Origin: Eledone cirrhosa
Lineage: Eukaryota
Reading direction: 5' to 3'
Length of the DNA stretch: 64,000 nt
Assembly: GCA_964016885.1 (NCBI GenBank)
Contig: OZ024742.1
Coordinates: 264,554,001 to 264,618,000, forward strand
The position numbers and the translations under genes were made by a program. Under the pieces are notes generated by a model, which did not search any database, was not told where the DNA came from, and worked only from the letters and a program-made list of their open reading frames with translations. This document shows, piece after piece, positions 40,891 through 54,637 of the stretch (position 1 is the stretch's first letter; each line of letters begins with the position of its first letter).

Positions 40891-41127
40891 ATAACCCTTT
40901 TGGTACTAAACCACCTAAAATTACCCTGGGTTTATGATACAAAACTTCTCATTTTAAAATGTTTATCCCTATTTCAAACATTTTTGTTAAGTTTTATTCT
41001 AAATATCAGCTTACTAATGAAAAAATTGTTATTTTATTAAGTTTCTCCAAACTTTTCATTATTGTAAACATTAATTGAAACACATAGATAGTGTCTTTCA
41101 TTAGAAATTCATTAATGAAAGGGTTAA
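40891..41127. mobile_element. TTAA-type MITE
   Basis: ATAA-CCCTTT...AAAGGG-TTAA; related to 29411-29925. Confidence 0.6.
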
Positions 41128-42418
41128 TCTTACTGGGGGGGGGGGGGGGGGGGGGGTCCATCCACATACCCTCTTCACCCAGTAAATTCGGTGGAGAGAA
41201 TAGTTTAATAGCTGGCTATCCAAAGAGATATGTTGTTCTTAGTTATATTGTACCAGCAGCAGGTGGAACCTAACCATTACAAAAAACATAGCATGACAGA
41301 AAATGAAGTAAGAGTGAACCATTATTAGAAAGCACCAGTAATACACTGGGATAATTGCTGGCCTTGTGCCAAAAGTAGAAACAATTATTAGAAAAGTGAC
41401 CATTCAACTAGTGAGCCATCATTAGAAATATGACCAATCTGCTAGTACTTCAGTAGAGAAATCAAAATACATGAGATAAGCAATGAGTAAAGCTTGTAAC
41501 TTCCTTGAAGATTACAAATAATGCTATCTATAATTACTAAATATTACTATATTTCATTTGTTTGGGGATATTTTCTCAGAGTGGGTAGATAGGTGAGTGG
41601 CTAACATGCTATGTAGGTCAGATGTTTTTGTCATAGCTATTTTACTGCTTTTCTTTTACATATTTCATTTTCTTCATTTTTTCTTCCTCATGATCTTCAG
41701 CTTCTTAGTTTTCTCAAACATTACTTCAGATTTCTTCTTAACATGCTTCACTCTTCCTCACTTTCTTCTCCTCTCTATTCTCTCATTTTTTATTTATTTC
41801 ATCTCCAACACATCACCACCACTGTCATCATTTTCATCATCACCAGTTTGTTGTATCATAACCATCATCGTCATCCACGTAGTAATGATCAAAATAAACT
41901 ACTGATGCTATCATCTACAAGCTACTCCTCATTAACAAGATTTACAATGAAAACAGTTGTTTATTAATATTATAACAGTGGATTTCTAAATTACTTGATT
42001 AGAGAGTAAAAATTAGCTCCGTTATAGATATGCATACATGTGTTTACAACGTCACTGGAAGCAGTTAAATATTATAAACCAAACAGAGTCTATTTGTTGT
42101 TACTCAATCTGTAGATTGAGCAAACAAATCACCTTCACATCGTGCTCCACCATCTTGAAAATGTAGAACATTAGATAATCTTATCTTAGATATATTATGG
42201 ATGAGGAAATAAGATAGGGATATGCCTACTTTTTCATTTTCTTTTTTACTGCTTAGTTACTAATGGAAGGGCAGTGGCTACAACTGTTTTGAAGAGCCTC
42301 CAAGACTGGTGAAAGGGAGGGAGAAGCATATGTTAAAACTTGGAGACCTGATCCAAATGATTGCAACTGCAGTTGATCTGAGATTAAACAGAATGTTTGT
42401 TCTAAATTTCATTGTAAA

Positions 42419-42488
<70 letters not shown>

Positions 42489-43691
42489 GTTGTCTTATCG
42501 ATGTTTGATGATTATAAACATTGGCTATAGAATAGTTGTTTTCTTTAGTAATCTATATTAAACTATATTGTATAAATCATATTTATTTTTTCACTGACAC
42601 TAACATCTAAAGACAATCACTTCTGTTCCATATAATAATCTATGTGCTCTTATTTATCTACAACTCATCAGAAAGATGTTTATTTGTTTTATTCTTTTCT
42701 TGGTTTGATGTCATTACCATATCCTTTATTCAGCATCATTTCATATGTAATAAAAATTCCAGCTTTTGTTTTATTCTTGCAAACATTACTTTTGTTGTTT
42801 TTCTGCCAGTCTTCATCTTCAGATATTTCTTCTGAGTTTTCTGTATCCTCATCATTATCTGTTTATTTGACAGTATAGTAAAGCTATGAAAGCTGCCAAC
42901 TAAATGCTTGGTAAATTCAGCATGAGATGTGTTTCATCTCTCACATGAGTACAAGAGAAATATTTATATTAGTAGGGTGAGAAAACCAACTTTTTGAAAT
43001 TAGAACAGTAACAATATTTAATTTTTTAGTACGTATGATATGAGACGTGACTAACTGAACTCTAAACTAAATAATATAAGGCATCTTGCCCAAATTCCCA
43101 ACAATAGTGCTACAAATTCAAATTCCAATCAGGTCAATTTTGTGTTTCATTCTTCCAAGGCCAATAATAAAATACCTGTCCAGGGTGGTGAATTGGCTGA
43201 ATCTTTAGAGCACTAAATGGGGTATTTGTTCTGGCTCTTGGCATTCTGAGTTCAAGTCTTTTTTTCAACCTACTTGGATGGTAGACTTAAAATGTCACCC
43301 AGTTTAACAGTCATCTGGTTCTTGGGTGTAAAGTAAAGGCATGGTAGGTGTCATAACTCTTATGCAGCTGATGTTACAAATAGATTTATGGTTAATTGAT
43401 GAGGGTCTTACAAATATATAGTCTTCCTAACATTGATTACTAGAAAATTCAACAGTAGTTATTTATAATGACACCAGCATAAAGAGGTTGTCTTTTATAT
43501 TTAAAGGCTCTCTATACTCTGAATCAGTTTCATTTACAGTGATTGCTCTCCTAGATATGTTGCTTTTACTATGACTTCATACATACACAACCACATGCAT
43601 GTCCACACATGCACATATTTGTTTTTATGTCCAGCCCATGCAAGCATGGAAAAGCGGATGTGAAAAAAAATTATGATATATATATATATGT

Positions 43692-46264
43692 ATCATCATC
43701 ATCATCATCATCAATGTTTAACGTCCGTGTTCCACGCTTGCATGAGTTTGGACGGGGGTTTTCCCACTTGAGGCAAGAGTGATTATCTTGCTCGCATAGG
43801 ACTATCTGGCAGGTTTTCTACAGCTGGATGCCCTTCCTAACACCAACCACATTTACAGTGTGGGACTGGGAGGTTTTTACCGTGTTGCCTACACGGCCAC
43901 ATTACAGCGTGAACTGTGTGTTTTTTTGTCGTGACACCTACACGATCTCATTTGTTTCGGCCTGGATGTTGTGGCACCAACATAACTTTACATTGAAAGG
44001 GGCGGTGTGGATGGGGTGGGGGTGGTGGGACGGGGGTGTATTTTGTTAGAGATGCCTACTGACTGTAGTAGGTTTTACTTTGTATTTAGGTAAGGCGGGT
44101 CTTCTCTATTACTGTGTAGCGCCAAAGCTCTTGGTCCAGTGACATTGTCTTGGAGAGGTGTAAGTGTGTGAGGTCGGAATTTATCAGCTCGTCCCATGTT
44201 TTTCTGGGTCTGCCTACTCCATGGCTACCGTCTATCTTTATTGCCCTGCACTTTGTTATACAGCTGTCGTCTTTCATGCACATCACGTGACCATACCAAC
44301 GTAGCCTTCTCTCGTGTAAACAACATCTGATTCCTCTTATTTCTAATTTTTTCCTTAGTTCGTTTATGCTTTGCCGTTCACGTATATTACTATTACACAT
44401 CCAGCGGAGCATGCAAGCTTCATTCCTCTGTAGTCTGCGTATATCCTCTGCACACAATGCCCAGGTCTCACTGCCATGCAACATTGCTGTTCGTATGCAG
44501 GCATCATACAACCTGCCTTTCATTTTTAGGGAGAACCCTTTAGCGGCTAATAGTGGTATAAGCTCTCTGAACTTTTTCCATCCAGTTCTGACTCTAGCTA
44601 CTGTACTTTCAGAGCACCCTCCCCCACTGCTGATTTTGTCACCCAGGTAACGGAAGCTGTCCACTATTTCTATAGAACCCTCTGCGCAGTTGAAAGAGCT
44701 AGTATTTTGTGGGCACTTGCTGCTACTTATTGCACCAGAGCACCGGCCACATGTAAAATCTATGTTCTTAGTTAGCTTACCTGTGATCCCACTACATCTT
44801 TTATGCACCCATACTTTGCATTTGGGACACAAAATTGAGTTTCTACCTACGCCTTTCCTACACACTGAGCATGGCCACTTCCCGGAAGGGACCGCCGTCT
44901 TATTTTCTTTCTTACAAACTAGAACTTTAGTCTTAGCCAGGTTAATTTTAATGCCTTTTGATTCTAGGCCGTGCTTCCATGTTTCAATTTCTTCTCTGGC
45001 TCAGCCATTGATTCAGCTATGAGTGTTAGGTCATCTGCGTATAGGAGTTCCCATGGGCAACCGGTCTTGAACTCCTCTGTTATAGCCTGGAGGGCAATAA
45101 TAAATAGTAGGGGGCTGAGAACAGAGCCCTGATGGACGCCAACTTTTACGCTAAACTCTTCACTATATTCGTTGTTAATTCTAACCTTGCTGACTGTTTC
45201 TTTATACATGGCTTGTATAGCTCTCACAAGCCATTCGTCAACACCTAGTTTTCTAAGAGCCCACCAGATGGAACGGGGGACTCTGTCGAAGGCTTTCTCC
45301 AAGTCGACAAAAGCTAAGTATAGGGGTTTACTTTTAGCTAGGTACTTCTCCTGTAGTTGTCGTACAATGAAAAGAGCGTCTGTGGTACTTTTGCCTGACA
45401 CAAACCCGAACTGCATTTCATCTAGATCACTTCTCTCTCTGATTAGTTGCGCTATTACTTTTTCCGTGACCTTCATGACCTGGTCGATTAATTTAATGCC
45501 TCTATAGTTACTCCTATCTAGGGCATCTCCTTTACCCTTATAACAGTTAACGATGATGCTGCTACGCCAGTCCTTTGGAACAACCCCATTCTGTACGACT
45601 TGGTTAACTATCCGGGTGACCATGGTGTGTCCCACCGTACCAGATGCCTTCAGCATCTCGGCAACTATTTCCGAAGGCCCAGCCGCCTTACCCGTCTTCA
45701 TATCTTTGATTGCCTTACTTATTATACTACCCTCGACTAACACTGCTGGTCCCTCTATTGGGTCGATGTGGGGGAGACTGTCTTTCTCCCATTTATTCTC
45801 CTCATTTAGTAGCCTTTCGTAGTGACACTTCCAAGCTACCTTCTTATCAGCGTCAGTGATGGCAAGTACGCCGTCATCATTAAGGACACACTTCTCCCCG
45901 ACAATATCACGGTTTTCCTTGACACATTGCCTAGCAATCCTGAACACCTCACGTTTTTGGTCCTCGCGTTGTAGAACATGCTTGAACTTTCTTTCCTCTG
46001 CTTCCCTTCTTGCGAAGTACACTTGTCTCCTAGCTTCCCTCCTGGCCACTTGATAGTCTTCTCTGCTTCCCCCATCCCGCCATACTTTCCAAGCCTGCTT
46101 TTTGGCCTTAATTGGCCCCTCCACCTTACTGTTCCACCACCATGTTACTCTCCTCCTGCCTACAGGCCTGCTCCAGCCACAGACTTCGTCTGCCGCCATC
46201 AGCAGGTTTGCTTTCAGGAATTCCCACTGCTCCTCTATATTGTACGACTCTAATTGCTCTTCCT
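43692..46264 (-). mobile_element. 5'-truncated copy of the PHD-bearing RTE (family A)
   Basis: ORFs 44964-46199 and 44086-44865 match the intact ORF, with a frameshift near 44985; (TA)n on both flanks. Confidence 0.97.
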
Positions 46265-46309
46265 ATATATATATATACATATATATATATCACATGTGTG
46301 TGTGCATGA

Positions 46310-46351
<42 letters not shown>

Positions 46352-47844
46352 TCATGCACACACACATATACATATATGTACATATATATATATATAATCA
46401 GGTTACTATTTCTAATCAATTCAGATACACTTATATCCTCTCTACATAATCTAAATTTTAAATTCTCTTAATTCATTTACATTTTTACTGCTTGCTTGTT
46501 CATTCTCTTCTTCCTCAATCCCCCCCCCCCCCCCCCGCCGCCTTTGCTCTCCCTCATCTCATCCACCCTGTAGTTGTATTCACCTTATATGCACTGTCAT
46601 TCACCTTTCCCTTCTCTCTAAACTAACTGGTCCATTTCGTTAAAACAGTATTCTTCTCCATTTTCTCAATTACATTGTCTTTTTATTCTTTACTTTTATC
46701 TAAATTCCAACGTTACTTTCTTTGATGCTATTCTGTTCTTTATATCTAATCTAATATATATATACCTGATTTATTATTGTTCTTATTTTCCAATCTTTAT
46801 CCCAGCCACCATTCAGTTACTTCAAACAATTTAGTCTTTTATTATTAAAATATAATAAAAGCATTTTGAAATGCTTTCCGTTTTAAATGCTTTTTAGTCT
46901 CTTTGAAAATTATTTTAGTAAAGAATAAAACTGAAATGTCAGATTCAATGGAGTTTATATATTTGTTTATTATTCTGTTTTAAAATCTTTTCTCATTGCA
47001 AATATTAACATTGACAACAACAACAATTACAACAAAAATGATAATGCAAAATCAAAAGCACCAGCATATGTCATGAAAGAAGCAACAACAAAATATAGAC
47101 GCAACATAACAAAATAAAAATAAATATTAACAACAACAACAAAAATAAAACAGGATAGCTGAAACCTGTTTATATAGTTAGCATGGAAAAAAATAATGAA
47201 TAAATTTGTTGTCTTCAGTGTTGTTTGCAACCTAACGTCTGTTGTCATTGTCATGGTGGTATGTTTGGATGTAAGCTAAGGTAACAAAACCGAGAAACTG
47301 TGAGAATCTTTCAAAATGAGAAAGTGTTAACATACTGAAATATTCAGAGGTTCCACCATAAATAGACAAATAGTTTCCCACCAATCCCTCTTACATTGTT
47401 CTCCAGAATTTCTTCTATTGATTTTGATCCTGTGGCTATTTCCATAGTAAAAGAATTCTCACCAACAAAAAAGAACTGGTTCTTCTACTTCCTTCCTATA
47501 TTTAATTTTCTTTCTCTATATATGTTTTATCATTTTTATTTTTATTCTGTTATTTTTAATACCTTTCATTATGAAATGAGAACAAACTTTATAAATTATT
47601 ATTAAGAATTATTAAAAAAAAAAATGGAAAAGCAGGTTGATGATAAATTATTTGAATACAGTTGAGAAATGTTTGAGATGTATAAAATTGTTCGATTGTT
47701 AATGGACCATAATAGATGTACAGATATATATATCAGTTTCTACTGCTAATTTAGTTGAAATACAAAGAACTATCAATTCTCAATTTCGTAAAAGTACAAG
47801 TAGTAAAATATTTTAAAGTTATTAGAAATATGAGCAGAGGTTAT

Positions 47845-47950
47845 TCCTGCTGAGGTTAACTTTGCCTTTCATCCTTATGGGGCCGATAAAATAAAGTACC
47901 AGAAATACACTGGGTAATTACTGGCCTTGTGCCAAAAGTAGAAACAATTA
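47845..47950 (+). mobile_element. Type 1 SINE, 3' part
   Basis: GAGGTTAACTTTGCCTTTCATCCTTATGGGG...GGCCTTGTGCCAAAAGTAGAAACAATT. Confidence 0.8.
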
Positions 47951-48013
47951 TTTAAACAAATAATTAATAAAACACTCATATATAATCTTTAAAAAAATAA
48001 AAATTAACAACAT

Positions 48014-48327
48014 GGAGGCACATGGCTTAGTTGTTAGAGCATTGGCCTTCCAATCGAAAGGTTGTGAGGTCAATTCTCAGACCGGGCGATGTGTTGTTTC
48101 CTTGAGCAAGACACTTTATTTCACATTGCTCCAGTTTACTCAGCTGTAGAAATGAGATGATAGGGACGTGTAGGTGCCACGGCAAAAAAGCACCCAGCAC
48201 TCACTGTAAATGAGGTTGGTGTTAGGAAGGGCATCCAGCTGTAGAAATCAAGCCAGAATCAGTTCCCGTCCCACCCTTGCAAGCAGGGAAAAAAGCGGAC
48301 GTAAAATGAAATGATGATGAATGATGA
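48014..48327 (+). mobile_element. CORE-type tRNA SINE with an RTE-derived 3' tail
   Basis: A-box TGGCTTAGTTG, CORE-like CCTTGAGCAAGACACTT...CTCAGCTGTAGAAATG, tail shared with the RTE 3' UTR at 52176-52256, (GAT)n end. Confidence 0.88.
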
Positions 48328-48679
48328 ACATAGGACATCATGAGATTAAGGAAAATTATAGGGTATAACACTCTTGAATTTAGTGGAACAACAGAGTGGT
48401 AGCTGTCACTAATTCAGGTTGACTTCAGTACCTAAATTGGTAGGAAAGCAGGTGAGGGGAAACTTTCTACATTTTCAAGAAAAGAACAAGCTTTGTAATA
48501 ATGTTTGACTTAGTCATTAGAATGGTTTTATAATACATCAATAAATAGCTTTGTCATCTTCCTCCTCCTCCTCCTCATCATCATCATCATCACCATCACC
48601 ATCACCATCATCATCATGTAAATATAAATAAATATACATGAATAAAACTTTTATAATAGATTAATAAAAGATCTCAAGT

Positions 48680-49235
48680 TCAAATTTCTGTATCAAATTG
48701 TGCACCCTCTGTTGAGTTAAATAACACCAGGTCGTCTGCTAATTCCAACCAGCTGGTTTTACACCCACCAGTCATGATATCACTTCCAACCCAGCTGTGT
48801 ATGTCAATCCTGTTCATATAAATAATGAACAGGAGGAATGAGAGTATGCACCCTTGGTGGAGACCAACTCCCACATTCCATGGTTTCGATTTAGTCTCAT
48901 TTATCTGAACATGAATACTTGGGCATTCTTATAGAGACATCAGGGCAGCAAGAAGTTGACCATAATTCTGATCTCCGACTTGCACTCAATAAGTTTGATA
49001 CCAAGTGCTGCATCGCTGGAATGAAAATCAGTGCTGTGTAAACTGAGATACACAACCTCACAAGTAAGCCTGTGTAGTACACTTTACATGTGTATGGTGT
49101 TCCATTGAAGCAGGTAGAGTAGTTCAAATATGTTAGGACCGTGTTCATGAGTGATGGAAGGCAGGAAGCTGAATTAAGTGCAAGAATTGCCGGAGCTGGT
49201 GCAGTAATGCACCAGCTTCAGCATTCAGTAATCAT
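48680..49235. mobile_element. Expander-type RTE RT fragments in opposite orientations
   Basis: Minus strand: VGVGLHQGCILSFLLFIIYM...ADDLVL. Plus strand: DLRLALNKFDTKC..GMKIS...FKYV..VFMSDGRQEAELSARI. Confidence 0.8.
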
Positions 49236-49604
49236 CTAAGTTGACTGGAGCAATGCAGAAAGAAGTGTTTTGCTTACAAACACAATTTGCCACCTGTCCA
49301 AGAAACAAACTCATAAAAAATTATGATCATAAGCCCAACACCCTAACCACTAGATCATGATGTATTAGTATATATAGTTATGTAATTTTATATTTCTACA
49401 ATCTAGTTAGGTTTTATTCTTAATACATTTCCCAGTTTAACACCAATACTGTCTTTGGATGTCTACAGTGGTAGTGGAGTATACTTTATTGTAAGCATTT
49501 GATATAGGTTTTTTTGTGTGATGGGATAACACTTGTGTTGTGGCTTCTCATAAGCTCTGTAATAGATCAAAGTGACCACACTTCCTCATTGACTAAGCAA
49601 TAAT

Positions 49605-49780
49605 TGTTGCTACTATTGGCACAAGGCCAGCAATTAACCAGTACATTACTGGTACTTTATTTTATCGACCCTGTAAGGATGAAAGGCAAAGTTAACCTCG
49701 GTGGGATTTGAACTCAGAATGGCAAGGACTGTAACTCTATGCATTAAAGCATGGCGTCTGACCCTCTACCGATACTGCCG
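49605..49780 (-). mobile_element. tRNA-derived SINE, type 1
   Basis: Close match to 15708-15885. Confidence 0.88.
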
Positions 49781-49914
49781 CAATAATATCAAATGACAAG
49801 TAGAGACACTAACATTTATTTGTTTGTATTGTGGTGTACATTCATGAATGCATACTCCTATTGTAGCATACACACATACATACAAGCATACAAATACATA
49901 CATACATACACATA

Positions 49915-49946
<32 letters not shown>

Positions 49947-49977
49947 AATACATATATACAAACACATATATATATAT

Positions 49978-50334
49978 CACATCATCATCATCATCATCAC
50001 CGTTTTACGTCCGTTCTTCCACGCTAGCATGGGTTAGACGGGTTGTCCTGTTGTGGGCAGTGTCTGGTCGGCTGACCATGCCTTGCTCATACAGGAACTG
50101 ATCTGGCTTGATTTCTACAGCTGGATGCCCTTCCTAACACCAACCTCATTTACAGTGAGTGCTGGGTGCTTTTTCGTGGCGCCTACACGTCCACTTTACA
50201 GTGTGGGCTGGGTGCTTTTTTGCCGTTGGCACCTCCACGACCACCTTGCGGTGGGGTGGGGGGGGGGGGCATATTGTTTATATGCTTCAGCATGTACCCA
50301 TGGGAGGTCGGGTACCCTGTATTACTGGCGTGAC
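49978..50334 (-). mobile_element. RTE family B 3' end
   Basis: Reverse complement of 52072-52369; (GAT)n tail; (TA)n on both flanks. Confidence 0.92.
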
Positions 50335-50362
50335 ATATATATATATACATATATATATATAG

Positions 50363-50622
50363 AAACTAAGCACACAACACACAAAAACAAGATGGCGTAG
50401 GACAGAACAAAGAGCGGCACAAAAACAAAGAAAAGAATCCCCAGTCACTGAAGAGGTCACAGTATGTGCCGAAAGAACTTTTACAATATATGAACAATCG
50501 TCTGGTTGTGGAACCAACCAACCAACCGGAAATTTATACATTTAATTTATAATAAATTAAAGTGAAAGCAGTTAGTGCGTGTGTTTTCTTATTCACAACA
50601 TGACCCTCCCAAAGTATAACAA
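50363..50622 (+). mobile_element. Short hammerhead-bearing element, copy 3
   Basis: Reverse complement homolog of 5501-5777; (TA)n on both flanks. Confidence 0.8.
50444..50484 (+). ncRNA. Minimal type I hammerhead ribozyme
   Basis: GUCA-CUGAAGA-GGUCACA(GUA)UGUGCC-GAAA-GAACUU-UUAC; one stem I mismatch. Confidence 0.7.
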
Positions 50623-50778
50623 TATATATATATATATATCATCATCATCATCAAGATTATGATGATGATGATGAGGATGATATATATATATATATATATA
50701 TACATGTATATACATATATATATACATATATATTAATATATATGTATGTATATATGTATATATATGTATATATATGTA

Positions 50779-51376
50779 CAACCTGTCCTCATGGTCGGGT
50801 CGTTGGCGACTAAACTGGCAACCCCACCAAGGTTTCTTGGTGAGGAGGGTGACTTTGGACATCCTGCAGACTAAAAACAAAACCTGTCAAAGGGCAAAGG
50901 AAGCTCTTAAGAGTCAATGGCCATCCAAAATCACCGGGAGAGATGACCCCTTTAGCCTTAGTCAAGGCAGAATTCTAGGAGAAGGAAAACTCTGATATAA
51001 CCACCTGCAACCCTGATGGTATCCAATGATGTTGACTTGTTCTTCTTTTTGGTAAATAGCATCTTGGTTAAGAGAGTGGGACTGGCTTTGTGCAGTGCCT
51101 TTGCTCACTATAAAAGCTTCACGGCACAGGCATTGCTTTATATCTGGAGATCTCTCTGCACTTGTCCTCACATGGGCCCAGCACTATGTGTAAATAATTG
51201 TCCTACCATGGGCCTCAGCACTATGTGTCAATGATTGTCACAGGTGTAGTGTTTGTACCAGAGGTTTCAAGGTCGCTGGCTGGACTAAAAAGTCACACTC
51301 GTTCAGCGCTTCGGTAGGGGTTATCCTACATGGATGTAAAGTAGTGGCCGTACTCGAAAACGAGTTGGCAGCCACC
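50779..51376 (+). mobile_element. Bipartite RTE-derived non-autonomous element, longest copy
   Basis: Reverse complement homolog of 36857-37405 with an internal ~35-bp duplication; (TA)n on both flanks. Confidence 0.85.
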
Positions 51377-51582
51377 ATATGTATATATATGTGCATATAT
51401 ATATATGTATAGATATATATGTATATGTATTTATATATATATGTATATGTATTATATATATATATATTTTTGTCATATGTATTTATATATGTATATAAAT
51501 ACTATACATATATATATATAAATACATATACATATACATATATACATATATATGCACATATATATGTATATATGTACAATAT

Positions 51583-52369
51583 AAAGTACAATAACTAGGG
51601 TAAGAACGGGATGGAAGAAGTTTAGGGAACTACTACCACTGCTAGCTGCAAAGGCTTCTCCCTCAGAATGAAAGGCAGACTGTATGATGCGTGTATCCGA
51701 ACAGCGATGTTGCATGGTAGTGAGACCTGGGCGCTGAAGGTGGAAGACTTACGTAGATTAGAGAGAAACGAAGCCTACATGCTCCAGATGGATGTGTAAC
51801 AGTAATATACGTGAACGACAAAGCATAAAGGAATTGAGAGAGAGACTGAGCATAAGAGGAATCAAATGCTGCGTGCAGGAGAGGCGGTTACGCTGGTATG
51901 GACATGTGATGCGTATGAAGGATGACAGCTGCATAAAAAGGTGCAGAGCACTAGAAGTTGATGGAAAACGCGGAGTGGGGAGACCCAAGATGACTTGGGA
52001 TGAGGTGATAAAAGCCGACCTTACCCAACTACACCTCTCAAAGTCAATGACACACGACCGTGACTTCTGGCGTCACACAGTAATACAGGGTACCCGCCCT
52101 CCCATGGGTACATGCTGAAGCATATAAACAATATGCCCCCTCCCCCCACCGCAAGGTGGTCGTGTAGGCGTCACGAAAAAGCACCCAGCACTCACTGTAA
52201 ATGAGGTTGGTGTTAGGAAGGGCATCCAGCTGTAGAAATCAAGCCAGATCAGTTCCTGTATGAGCAAGGCATGGTCAGCCGACCAGACACTGCCCACAAC
52301 AGGACAACCCGTCTAACCCATGCTAGCGTGGAAGAACGGACGTAAAACGGTGATGATGATGATGATGAT
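51583..52369 (+). mobile_element. RTE family B 3' fragment
   Basis: [47 protein letters not shown], 3' UTR and (GAT)n. Confidence 0.95.
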
Positions 52370-52453
52370 ATACATATATATACATATATATTAATATATA
52401 TGTATATATATATGTATATACATGTATATATATATATATATATATCATCATCT

Positions 52454-52496
<43 letters not shown>

Positions 52497-52546
52497 TATA
52501 TATGTATGTATATATGTATATATATGTGCATATATATATATATGTG

Positions 52547-52611
<65 letters not shown>

Positions 52612-52746
52612 GTATATGTATTTATATGTATATGTATATGTATTTATATATATATGTATATGTATTTATATATATATATATTTTTCTCTTCCTCTTATAT
52701 TTTTGTCATATATTTATATATGTATATGTATTTATATATATAAATA

Positions 52747-53090
52747 CATCATCATTCATCATCATCATTTCATTTTACGTCCACTTTTGCCTGCTTGCAA
52801 GGGTGGGATGGGAACTGATTCTGGCTTGATTTCTACAGCTGGATGCCCTTCCTAACACCAACCTCATTTATAATGAGTGCTGGGTGCTTTTTTGCCGTGG
52901 CACCTCCACGACCACTTTGCAGTGGAATGATATGGACCCCAGTCCCTATCATCTCATTCTACAGCTGAGTAAACTGGAGCAATGTGAAATAAAGTGTCTT
53001 GCTCAAGGAAACAACACATCACCCGGTCTGAGAATTGAACTCACAACCTTTCGATTGCAAGGCCAATGCTCTAACCACTAAGCCATGTGC
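52747..53090 (-). mobile_element. CORE-type tRNA SINE with an RTE-derived tail
   Basis: Reverse complement homolog of 48014-48327. Confidence 0.88.
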
Positions 53091-53205
53091 ATATATAAAT
53101 ACATATACATATATATACATATATATACATATATATATACATATATATATATACATATATATTAATATATATCATCATCATCATCATCATCATCATCATC
53201 TTGAT

Positions 53206-53239
<34 letters not shown>

Positions 53240-53767
53240 ATATAGATTTTGAGTTTATGTTGGTTGTATACCAACACCTCAGTATGCAGGCTGGAGCACT
53301 CGACGAAGTGCGCAGGTTAAAACTGTTAGCAGCAGCAAGATATAAGCTGACCACTACAACAACAACAGTACCAAAATAATGGTGGAGGTCAAATGTACTG
53401 AACAATAGCAGGCATAAACACCACAGGGAGCCTCACCCCAGAAAGAATTCTATACACTTCTGACTGAGGAATGCTCTCAGAACTGAACAATGGGAAGTTT
53501 GACACATTTTTTGATATTTTGTTCCTTCAACACCTTGTCCCTTCTACCATTTTATCAATTTTTAAGCTAACTCCAACAATGACAACACTAATAACTGACC
53601 AATGAGAGGAGAAGGGGACCTGTGACACTAAAATTCGTTTGTTTGAATTCATATGACTCCAGTTCCCCAGTGAATTAACAACCCAACAAGGAACTGGGCA
53701 TATCAGAGTATTGACAATATCATACACCTAAACAACATATGTACTTGTCTATACCATACTAATTCAA

Positions 53768-53822
53768 ACTGCCTGAAGAGGTCACAGCCAAAGATGGCTG
53801 TCACTGAAATATATATAGCAGT
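53768..53822 (+). ncRNA. Minimal type I hammerhead ribozyme (Penelope-type)
   Basis: ACUGC-CUGAAGA-GGUCACAGCCA(AAGA)UGGCUGUCACU-GAAA-UAUAUAUA-GCAGU, followed directly by AATAAA. Confidence 0.8.
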
Positions 53823-54637
53823 AATAAACGAAGCTAAATTTTAATCATTTGACTTTTATTTAACTTTATTTTATATATATATATATATATATACATGTAT
53901 ATACACATATATATACATATATATTAATATATATGTATGTATATATACATATATATTAATATATATGTATGTATATATGTATGTATATATGTATATATAT
54001 GTGCATATATATATGTATATATGTATATGTATATGTATTTATATATATATGTATATGTATTTATATATATATTTTTTTTTTCTTCCTCTTATATTTTTGT
54101 CATGTATTTATATATGTATATGTATTTATATATATAAATCCATATACATATATATATAAATACATATACATATATATACATATATATATATGCACATATA
54201 TATACATATATACATACATATATATTAATACATATGTATATATATATCATCATCATCATCATCATTATCTTGATATATATATATATATGTATATGTATAT
54301 ATGTATATGTATGTATATATATATATATATATACACATATATATATATACATATATATATAACAGAAATGGTTGCATTCTTTAAGGGTATGTCAATATTT
54401 ATTTATAAAACTGATCTATATTATATTTTATCTGATGAAAGCACACCATAATTTAACTTGGTGTCCTTGAAATGTCCTTGAAATGTATAATGAAATAAAT
54501 ATGGTTTTATAAATATAGTTTCCATTTGTTAATATATCGTATTTTTACTGCAATAATTTGTTGAGTGGTTTATATCAGTTATAAAAATAAAAATATTTGC
54601 TTGTTGTATCCCAACAATTTAAATAGAACTTCTACAT

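Noticed and set aside
41134-41156. Poly-G run (also poly-C near 3333 and 46519)
   Set aside because: Simple homopolymers with no supporting context; lengths may be sequencing-dependent.
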